Shown here: positions 18,505 to 26,001 of the stretch, one piece after another
How the letters are laid out: every line of letters starts with the position of its first letter
Numbering within the stretch: position 1 is the first letter of the stretch
Assembly (NCBI GenBank): GCA_964395915.1
Contig: CAYNDB010000002.1
Span: 10,817-57,323, forward strand
From: an uncultured Nitrospinota bacterium
GTDB lineage: Bacteria > Nitrospinota_A > UBA7883 > JAJRTC01
Direction: 5' to 3'
DNA: 46,507 nucleotides
Position numbers and translations under genes: made by a program
The notes under the pieces: model-generated
Seen by the model: the letters and a program-made list of their open reading frames with translations, nothing else
What the model was told of the DNA's origin: nothing
Database searches by the model: none

Positions 18505-19638
18505 ATGTTTGCATTGGCAAGAGTTATACGAATGATTTCTGTTTTGGCGCTCGTAATTACCATTGCCTTTTCGCCAAGCTCTGTCCGCGCCGATGAAAAA
18601 GAGTCTTATACAAGCTCAAATGTCTGTGGCGCATGTCATGTGGAAATATTCGAGAGTTGGCGTAAATCTTTACACGCTCTGTCATACAATAACCAGGTGT
18701 TTTTAACGGCATATCGTGAAGCGTATCTTGAAACCAATGGCTCCGCGAAATATTTCTGTCTGAAATGTCACGCCCCGACATATCTTGTTACAGGAGACGT
18801 GGATGCGGCTTATCCGATAACCAGGGAGGGTGTCACATGCGATTTTTGCCATACGATTGTGGGCGTTGACGTCACCAATACAGAATCGCCTTTCAAGCTC
18901 GATGTCGGCGGCGCTAAACATTCGTCACTGAAAAACGCAAAGTCGGAGGCCCATTCAACCTCATACGCAGACTGGTTTAATAAATCGGAAATGTGCGGCG
19001 CCTGCCACGAAGTTACGAACATGAACGGAGTAAGGACCGGAAGCACATACAGCGAATGGAAATCTTCCAGTTACGCGGCTGATGGCGTCCAGTGCCAGCA
19101 TTGTCATATGGCTCCTGTTCCAGGTAACGTTGTAGACCCGTCAGTTCAAGATAGCTCCAAAAATGTTTTCCATGAACATAGCCTCTCGCACAATATGGAT
19201 CAGATGAAAAACGCAATCAAGGTTGAAATAGTAGGAAAAGAAAAAATGGCGGATGGGCGCTATATCGTTGACGTCGCTATTACAAATAAAAAAGCGGGGC
19301 ATAACATACCAACAGGCTCTCCGTCACGCAAGCTGGCTCTGGAAGTCAGACTCTCCGGCGAAAACTATACTGAGTCTGTTCAGCTTAAGAAATTCGGTAA
19401 GGATATAGTCGATAAATCTGGAAACGCTCTTACGATGGACGGCGAGGTCATGATGAGGGGCGCAAAGGTCACAGGAAACAGCTCACTTAAACCGAAGGAG
19501 CGCAGGGTGGAGCGATTTATGTTCAGCGCGGCGCCAAGGGGCGAGGTAAAAGTGTCCGCCAGAGCTTTCCTCATTTATCGTCACGTTGTTACCGTTGAAG
19601 AAAGTACCTTGATTCAGATGGGCTCAGCGGTTAAATAA
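18505..19638 (+). CDS. Secreted pentahaem cytochrome c with a non-haem C-terminal domain
   Basis: 377 aa with a signal peptide ending SVRA. Five CxxCH motifs (CGACH, CLKCH, CDFCH, CGACH, CQHCH), all in the first ~205 residues. The C-terminal ~150 residues have no haem motif. Confidence 0.85.
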   Translation: MFALARVIRMISVLALVITIAFSPSSVRADEKESYTSSNVCGACHVEIFESWRKSLHALSYNNQVFLTAYREAYLETNGSAKYFCLKCHAPTYLVTGDVDAAYPITREGVTCDFCHTIVGVDVTNTESPFKLDVGGAKHSSLKNAKSEAHSTSYADWFNKSEMCGACHEVTNMNGVRTGSTYSEWKSSSYAADGVQCQHCHMAPVPGNVVDPSVQDSSKNVFHEHSLSHNMDQMKNAIKVEIVGKEKMADGRYIVDVAITNKKAGHNIPTGSPSRKLALEVRLSGENYTESVQLKKFGKDIVDKSGNALTMDGEVMMRGAKVTGNSSLKPKERRVERFMFSAAPRGEVKVSARAFLIYRHVVTVEESTLIQMGSAVK

Positions 19639-19759
19639 CCCCAAACAGGTCGTTAAGTTACTTACAAAAAATAAGAGGTGAATAGGCTTTCGCCGCTTCC
19701 CCATCGGGATGCTGGGTCGAGGTCCGACACCGCAAATTGTAAATATAATTATCATTTAT

Positions 19760-19800
19760 TAAGACTTCCCGTGTAGACCAAGTCTTATTTAATATATTTA
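19760..19800 (+). terminator. Weak hairpin plus T-rich tail between the pentahaem and 11-haem cytochrome genes
   Basis: TAAGACTT (19760..19767) pairs with AAGTCTTA (19780..19787) and is followed by TTTAATATATTT. The stem is AT-rich, so predicted stability is low. Confidence 0.3.
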
Positions 19801-19863
19801 CGTATTCCTTTCAGCGGTTTTTTTAAGTCGGGCCTATATTTTATATAGAGCATAACTGGCGCA

Positions 19864-21900
19864 ATGGGGAAAGCGAAAATGAATCGCTCCATTATAATCA
19901 TTCTGCTGGTTGCCGCGCTATTCCAGGTAACTGTGGCATCCGGTTCAGAAAACTGTTTCCAATGCCACTCCGATCCAGAACTTAAAATGGAAAGAAATGG
20001 TAAAACGATTTCCCTATATGTAGACAAAAATAAATTCATCAAGTCAGCTCATGGCGATTTTGATTGCGCCGCTTGTCATCTTGAAGTTAACCCCGAAAAG
20101 ATACCACACTTCGCGGATTATCAAAGAGTGGAGTGCGGCTCCTGTCATGAGGAAGCGCAAGAATCATATTCGAAAGGGTCGCACGGAGCGGCGCTGAAAA
20201 GGGAGGTGAAAGACGCTCCTGATTGCGTTACCTGCCATGGCAAGCACAATATACTAGCTTCCACAGAACGTTCATCGAAAACCAACAGGATGAATATACC
20301 CTCTTTGTGCGGGGAGTGTCATCGAAAAAAAGGTAAGGCTGTGGAGGCTACTGGACGGACTGCTTTGGGAGTTTATAGCGACTATTCTTTCAGCGTTCAC
20401 GGCAAGGGACTTCGTGAAAAGGGACTTCTGCCGTCAGCGATTTGTACAGACTGCCACAACAGCCATAAAGCTATTAGGAGCAGAGACTCTCTTTCCCCTG
20501 TTAACAGGCTGAATATCGATTCCACATGCGGGCGGTGCCACCTTGGTATTCTTGAAAAGCTTGAAAAGAGCATTCATTATACAGTGAATAAAAATGACGC
20601 AGGGAAATATCCGACATGCTCAGACTGCCATTCCGCTCATCAAATTTCCGAAGTAAAACGAGGGAAGTTCATCATGGAGGTACGCTACCAGTGTGGAGTT
20701 TGTCACGCCAAGCTTTCAGAAACCTATCTTGAAACAATTCATGGAAAAGCTTTCCAACTCGGTTATCTTAAAGCGGCTTCATGCTCCAACTGTCATGAAT
20801 CACATATGACACTTGCGGTTAATAACTCTGATTCCAGCGTTGGGAAAAAAAATATTTTAAAAACATGCCGAAAATGTCACGAAAGGGCAACATATAAATT
20901 TACCCAATACCTGACACACGCCACGCACAAGGACAAGGAGCGATATCCGGCGCTTTACTACGCATACTGGAGCATGACTACTTTGCTATTAAGTGTTTTC
21001 GGTTTTTTTGGTCTCCACACCCTGTTGTGGTTGCCCAGATCATTAGCGCACAGAAAAAAACTTAAAAAAGAAGTGAAAATCGGACGATACATCTTGCGTT
21101 TCACCCTTGCCGATCGAATAACTCATCTATTTGTCGTTACAAGCTTCCTTCTTTTGGCGTTAACCGGTATGGTTCTGAAATTTTCCTCAATGCCATGGGC
21201 TTTGTGGCTCTCCGATATTATGGGCGGCCCTGCTGTAGCCAGAATCATTCATAGAATATGCGCGGTTATTACTTTCGGTTACTTTTTTTATCATCTTTGG
21301 GGTCTTGCTAAAAAGAAACGTGACAAAGGGACAACCTGGGCGAAATTTATTTTTGGTGAAAACTCTATTTTCCCCAACCTGCATGATGTCAAAGAATTCT
21401 GGGGTACAATCAAATGGTTCGTTGGAGCTGGGCCAAGACCTTTGTATGGACATTGGACATACTGGGAAAAATTTGACTACTTTGCCGTATTCTGGGGTGT
21501 GGCTATTATTGGGCTAAGTGGATTGATGCTCTGGTTTCCCGAACAGTTTACTATTCTGTTCCCCGGTTGGGTAATCAACGTCGCTACAATAATACATAGC
21601 GAAGAGGCCTTACTTGCGACAGGTTTTATTTTTGTTGTCCATTTTTTCAACACGCACTTAAGGCCAGAGTCTTTTCCTATGGATAAAATCATTTTCACTG
21701 GAGCCATTCCTGAGGAGAGGCTTGCGCTTGAGCGACCTTCCGAATACGAAGAGCTCAAGAAAAGTGGAGAAATAGATAAACTTGTTGTCGAGGCGCCATC
21801 GGAGAAGTGGGATAAATACATTTATATTATAGGCGGGGCGTTTCTGGTAATCGGCATTGCGCTGGCTCTTCTAATAATTTATTCCACACTTGCGGACTGA
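19864..21900 (+). CDS. Fusion protein: 11-haem periplasmic cytochrome c domain plus C-terminal HydC/FdnI-type dihaem-b membrane domain (CbcL-like)
   Basis: 678 aa with a signal peptide. Eleven CxxCH motifs lie in residues ~30-340 (CFQCH, CAACH, CGSCH, CVTCH, CGECH, CTDCH, CGRCH, CSDCH, CGVCH, CSNCH, CRKCH). These are followed by 5-6 TM helices with conserved His (ITHLF, IIHRI, IIHSEE, VVHFFNTH). An alternative start at the ATG at 19879 has the better RBS (GGGGAAAG). Confidence 0.85.
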   Translation: MGKAKMNRSIIIILLVAALFQVTVASGSENCFQCHSDPELKMERNGKTISLYVDKNKFIKSAHGDFDCAACHLEVNPEKIPHFADYQRVECGSCHEEAQESYSKGSHGAALKREVKDAPDCVTCHGKHNILASTERSSKTNRMNIPSLCGECHRKKGKAVEATGRTALGVYSDYSFSVHGKGLREKGLLPSAICTDCHNSHKAIRSRDSLSPVNRLNIDSTCGRCHLGILEKLEKSIHYTVNKNDAGKYPTCSDCHSAHQISEVKRGKFIMEVRYQCGVCHAKLSETYLETIHGKAFQLGYLKAASCSNCHESHMTLAVNNSDSSVGKKNILKTCRKCHERATYKFTQYLTHATHKDKERYPALYYAYWSMTTLLLSVFGFFGLHTLLWLPRSLAHRKKLKKEVKIGRYILRFTLADRITHLFVVTSFLLLALTGMVLKFSSMPWALWLSDIMGGPAVARIIHRICAVITFGYFFYHLWGLAKKKRDKGTTWAKFIFGENSIFPNLHDVKEFWGTIKWFVGAGPRPLYGHWTYWEKFDYFAVFWGVAIIGLSGLMLWFPEQFTILFPGWVINVATIIHSEEALLATGFIFVVHFFNTHLRPESFPMDKIIFTGAIPEERLALERPSEYEELKKSGEIDKLVVEAPSEKWDKYIYIIGGAFLVIGIALALLIIYSTLAD

Positions 21901-21937
21901 TAAAAAGCTCTCCGATAGTTAATGCGAAAACGGTGGA

Positions 21938-22144
21938 TTATTTGAACATCCCCTTATGTATCGCCTCGAGAATCACCAGAGCCACCCAGAACAGAAACCC
22001 GCCCAACAACAACAGGCCGCCAACATTCAGGGTCACCACAAGTTTGAACGGTGTGTTGGAGACAAGAGACAGGCTAAGCGCAATTGTACCCACGATATTG
22101 AAAGCTATAGCCATCTTCATTAGAAACGGTATTTTTTCTTTCAT
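21938..22144 (-). CDS. Small two-TM membrane protein, function unknown
   Basis: 68 aa with two hydrophobic helices. Its ATG lies 1 nt after the stop of the NapC/NirT-like gene, which suggests translational coupling. I recognise no motif. Confidence 0.5.
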   Translation of the reverse strand: MKEKIPFLMKMAIAFNIVGTIALSLSLVSNTPFKLVVTLNVGGLLLLGGFLFWVALVILEAIHKGMFK

Positions 22145-22145
22145 C

Positions 22146-22745
22146 TTACCAATCCTCCTCTGAAGCCAGCAAATGCCCCATGTCGTGACAACCGCTGGAC
22201 AAACATGAGCGCCTGCCGTCCATTATCTGATCGGACAGACCATCACCCAGCATATGAGGCAGGGCTTCAATAAAATTCCGCGCAACACCATGACATCGCA
22301 GGCAATTCCTGTTTTCATATTTTTCATAGAGCTTAATTTTTTCAGGGGCGCCTTTTACGTAATAAACATAAAGATGTTTTACCCCTCTTAACTTGGCTTG
22401 CACAGGGCCGAACATGGTGTATTGAGTATGGCACGCATAACATGCTTCCTCCTGCGGCACCCAGTTGTTCTGGAAATGAATAGCCGATAGCGGCTCATCG
22501 TCGTCTACATTGAGACTTTCAACGTATTTGGTCATAACGTGGCATTTTGCGCAGAAGCTTACCTTTTTCACCCTTTCAAGGTCTTGCGACACAACTCCCA
22601 AACCCCAGAAAAGAGGGAAAACGCCCAAAGTGAAAAAAGCCAGGAACTTTTTTGCCCTTACGGTGAGACGCCGCCATTCTCCTATGAGCATGAATGAGAT
22701 GAAAACGATGTTGCCCAGCGCAAAAAATATCAGGATTATAGTCAT
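22146..22745 (-). CDS. Membrane-anchored NapC/NirT/NrfH-like multihaem cytochrome c (three CxxCH plus one Cx4CH)
   Basis: 199 aa with two N-terminal hydrophobic helices. Haem motifs CAKCH, CYACH and CLRCH, plus C-terminal CLSSGCH (a Cx4CH encoded at 22185..22205). Confidence 0.75.
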   Translation of the reverse strand: MTIILIFFALGNIVFISFMLIGEWRRLTVRAKKFLAFFTLGVFPLFWGLGVVSQDLERVKKVSFCAKCHVMTKYVESLNVDDDEPLSAIHFQNNWVPQEEACYACHTQYTMFGPVQAKLRGVKHLYVYYVKGAPEKIKLYEKYENRNCLRCHGVARNFIEALPHMLGDGLSDQIMDGRRSCLSSGCHDMGHLLASEEDW

Positions 22746-22833
22746 TATTTTACTCCTTCCAAAAAGAAGGATTGGTTTTAATAACCATCTTAGCTAATAA
22801 TTTGCAGGATATAATCTCAACATTAAGCCAATA

Positions 22834-23178
22834 TTATTGCGCTGGCGGTGTCTTGAGGCTCAAAAGCCACATCTCCAGTTTTTTATACTCTTCCTTGCTT
22901 CCTTTAAAACGTTTAAGGTGTTTTTTCCCATTCAATTTGATTTTCTTTCGTAAATACTTTACGAGAAAATCACTATCATGCTTTAGGCCAATATCTGAAA
23001 GGTCAGGGGATTCCATTAACTTTTTTTCCCCATTTATACCATGCGCCTTGACGGTATGACATTTGACGCACCCTTTCTCATGGAAAATCTTTTCACCGGA
23101 AGTGTCGGCAAATACGGAAGACGGTAAAACAAACAAGGAATAAAATACTATAGACACTGCAAGAGTTGCCACTTTCAT
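22834..23178 (-). CDS. Secreted monohaem class-I cytochrome c
   Basis: Single CVKCH motif. The ORF track starts it at 23208. The ATG at 23178 has a GGAGG 8 nt upstream and yields a clean signal peptide, MKVATLAVSIVFYSLFVLPSSVFA. Confidence 0.75.
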   Translation of the reverse strand: MKVATLAVSIVFYSLFVLPSSVFADTSGEKIFHEKGCVKCHTVKAHGINGEKKLMESPDLSDIGLKHDSDFLVKYLRKKIKLNGKKHLKRFKGSKEEYKKLEMWLLSLKTPPAQ

Positions 23179-23265
23179 GCCATTTCCCTCCTTTGAAAAG
23201 GAAATCAAATAGAAGAGACTTTTCTACTTATAAATATAAGCCCTTAATTTTAAAAATGGCGAAAA

Positions 23266-25872
23266 TTAGTCCTGCAAAGCTTCGGTGGACTCAACGACGG
23301 TAAACCGAAATTTCATATCTGAATAGTCGACCCTGACCGTGTTTCCTTCTTTGAGCTTCCCTTCGATGATCCTATAGGAAAGCTCGTCGAGTATATCGGT
23401 CTGGATAAGCCGCTTGACAGGCCTGGCGCCAAAAACTTCATCATAACCAGCTTCCGCGAGATGGGCGAGCGCGGCGTCGGTCACGTCGATAGCGATGCCT
23501 TTACCCTGCAATCTATCCGCCACTCGTTTGAGCTGCAATCTGACAATTTCCTTAAGTTCGTCATGCGTCAGTTTTTGGAAAATAATGATATCATCGATCC
23601 TGTTTATAAATTCTGGTCGGAATGCCTGACCTATAATAGTTCGCACCGCAGACTCCTGCGCCTTCCGGTCATCATGATATTCAGCGATTTCTCGTGAACC
23701 CAGGTTGCTGGTCATGATGACGACGGTATTGGTGAAATCAATGGTTCTACCTTTGCCGTCGGTCAAACGGCCATCATCGAGCGCCTGCAACAATGTATTA
23801 AATATTTCAGGATGCGCCTTTTCCACTTCGTCCAGCAGGATCACACTATACGGATGACGGCGAACCGCTTCTGTAAGCTGTCCACCCTCTTCATAACCTA
23901 CGTATCCGGGAGGAGAGCCGATAAGCCTTGCCACAGAATGTTTCTCCTGATATTCACTCATATCGATACGGATCATCGATTTTTCAGTATCAAAAAGAAA
24001 TTCCGCCAACGTCTTTGCCAGCTCCGTTTTACCAACACCTGTGGGCCCAAGGAAAAGAAACGAGCCTATGGGCCGGTTTTCGTCCTGTATACCGGCTCGG
24101 CTTCTTCGCACAGCTCGCGACACGGCGGATATCGCCTCTTTTTGGCCGATAACACGTTCTCCCAGTTTCTCTTCCATTTTTATCAGCCTGTCGCTCTCTT
24201 CGGCCAACATTTTTGATACGGGAATACCGGTCCACGAGGATACTACCGCGGCGATATCTTCTTCTGTCACCTCCTCACGAAGTATTTTTTGGTCGGATTG
24301 AATAGACGCGAGCTTTTCCTGCGCCTCTCCAATCTCTTTTTCTCTTGCCGGAATTTCTCCATATTGTATTTCGGCCACTCTTTGAAGGGCGCCTTCGCGC
24401 TCGGCCCGCTCCGCTTCCTGTTTTAAGCGGTCTATCTCCTTAGTCGAATTTTTTATCGTGTCGATTATCTTTTTTTCATTTTGCCAATGCGCCTCGATTT
24501 CAGAAAAATTTTCACGCATATCCGCCAGTTCTTTTTCCAGTTCATGTAATCTTTTTCGGGCGTCGACGTCATCATCACTCTCCTGCTTGAGCGCTTCCCG
24601 TTCTATTTCCAGTTGTCGGATTTTGCGTAATATACGGTCGATCTGTTCGGGGTTGGAGTCTATCTCGATCTTAAGCCTGCTGGCGGACTCGTCCATAAGA
24701 TCGATGGCCTTGTCCGGTAAGAATCTGTCGGCGATATATCGATCTGAAAGTGTGACTGCCGCGACAATGGCGTTATCACGAATACGAACCCCGTGATGCG
24801 CCTCGTATTTGTCCTTAATACCACGCAAAATGGATATGGCGTCTTTTACCGATGGCTCTTCGACATTCACAGGCTGAAACCTGCGCTCCAGCGCGGCGTC
24901 TTTTTCTATCTGCTGACGATATTCCTTTATCGTAGTGGCTCCTATACATCGCAACGATCCTCTGGCAAGAGCCGGTTTTAACAGGTTTCCAGCGTCCATC
25001 GCGCCTTCCGCGGCCCCTGCGCCGACTATAGTGTGCAACTCGTCTATAAAAAGAATTATCTCTCCATTGGAGTTCTCAACCTCGTTTAATACCGCTTTCA
25101 GGCGCTCCTCGAACTCGCCACGGTATTTTGAGCCGGCCAGCAATTGCCCAAGGTCCAGCGAGAGAAGCTTTTTGTTCTTTAAAACGTCAGGAACATCCTG
25201 GTCGACGATTTTTTTCGCCAACCCTTCGGCTATGGCGGTTTTGCCTACGCCAGGCTCACCTACCAGCACAGGGTTGTTTTTCGTCCGGCGCGATAGTATC
25301 TGCATGACGCGGCGAATCTCGTCGTCACGGCCGATTACCGGGTCGATTTTGCCGTCAGCGGCCATTTTTGTAAAATCGTGTGTATATTTTTCGAGCGCCT
25401 GATACGTTCCTTCGGGGTCCTGGTTTACCACCCTCTGGCCCCCCCGGATTTCAGCAAGATGAGACATAACGCTGTCACGGTCTACGGCCACTATTTTTTG
25501 TATCTCATCTCGCGCAATAAGAGCGAGAAAAAGATGTTCGACCGAAACATATTCATCGTGCAATTTCCCGGCTTCAGCAAAAGCGTCGTCGAAAACTGTT
25601 TTTAATCCATGCGAAATATACGCTTTATCCGCTCCACCGGAAACGGATGGTAAATCGCGCAAAACTTTTTCAATATCTGTGGAAACTTTCCGTGGATCGA
25701 TCTCATTCTTGCTCAGGAGCGATGGAACCACACCCCCAGCCTGTCCGACCAGAGCATGCAGAAGATGAGCCGGCGTGATCTCCTGATGGTTCATGGCGGA
25801 AGCCAGGTTCATCGAATCCTGAACCGCCTCAGCCGCTTTATTTGTGAATTTGTTAAAATCCATGTCAATCAA
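23266..25872 (-). CDS. clpB: ATP-dependent disaggregase chaperone ClpB
   Basis: 868 aa. Clp N-domain, two AAA+ modules ([13 protein letters not shown] and [12 protein letters not shown]) and a long coiled-coil M-domain between them. Confidence 0.95.
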   Translation of the reverse strand: MIDMDFNKFTNKAAEAVQDSMNLASAMNHQEITPAHLLHALVGQAGGVVPSLLSKNEIDPRKVSTDIEKVLRDLPSVSGGADKAYISHGLKTVFDDAFAEAGKLHDEYVSVEHLFLALIARDEIQKIVAVDRDSVMSHLAEIRGGQRVVNQDPEGTYQALEKYTHDFTKMAADGKIDPVIGRDDEIRRVMQILSRRTKNNPVLVGEPGVGKTAIAEGLAKKIVDQDVPDVLKNKKLLSLDLGQLLAGSKYRGEFEERLKAVLNEVENSNGEIILFIDELHTIVGAGAAEGAMDAGNLLKPALARGSLRCIGATTIKEYRQQIEKDAALERRFQPVNVEEPSVKDAISILRGIKDKYEAHHGVRIRDNAIVAAVTLSDRYIADRFLPDKAIDLMDESASRLKIEIDSNPEQIDRILRKIRQLEIEREALKQESDDDVDARKRLHELEKELADMRENFSEIEAHWQNEKKIIDTIKNSTKEIDRLKQEAERAEREGALQRVAEIQYGEIPAREKEIGEAQEKLASIQSDQKILREEVTEEDIAAVVSSWTGIPVSKMLAEESDRLIKMEEKLGERVIGQKEAISAVSRAVRRSRAGIQDENRPIGSFLFLGPTGVGKTELAKTLAEFLFDTEKSMIRIDMSEYQEKHSVARLIGSPPGYVGYEEGGQLTEAVRRHPYSVILLDEVEKAHPEIFNTLLQALDDGRLTDGKGRTIDFTNTVVIMTSNLGSREIAEYHDDRKAQESAVRTIIGQAFRPEFINRIDDIIIFQKLTHDELKEIVRLQLKRVADRLQGKGIAIDVTDAALAHLAEAGYDEVFGARPVKRLIQTDILDELSYRIIEGKLKEGNTVRVDYSDMKFRFTVVESTEALQD

Positions 25873-25916
25873 TCCGCTTTCTTTAATGGTAAATACGTAT
25901 CACCGTCTCTGGCGTT

Positions 25917-25944
25917 TGTATAAGATTGATTCCAGGAATGTCAA
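25917..25944 (-). promoter_or_regulatory. Candidate promoter of clpB
   Basis: The minus strand reads cTTGACA (25944..25939), a 16 nt spacer, then TATACA (25922..25917), about 45 nt upstream of the clpB ATG. The CTTGACA could also serve as a sigma-32-type -35 element. Confidence 0.45.
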
Positions 25945-25949
25945 GCCAG

Positions 25950-25976
25950 ACCAAAGCTAGGTGGCCAGGCTTTGGT
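25950..25976 (-). terminator. Hairpin downstream of the lytic transglycosylase gene
   Basis: ACCAAAGC (25950..25957) pairs with GCTTTGGT (25969..25976) across an 11 nt loop. No clear U-tract follows. Confidence 0.3.
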
Positions 25977-26001
25977 TCTTGTGATTGCGGGAAAAGAGGC
26001 T

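Noticed and set aside
19690-19735. A tRNA-like T-arm fragment (gctgggtcgaggtccgacaccgc) in the spacer upstream of the 11-haem gene, which might be an att-site remnant.
   Set aside because: The putative T-stem does not pair (CTGGG versus CCGAC), and there is no acceptor stem or anticodon arm. It is not a tRNA or a recognisable fragment.
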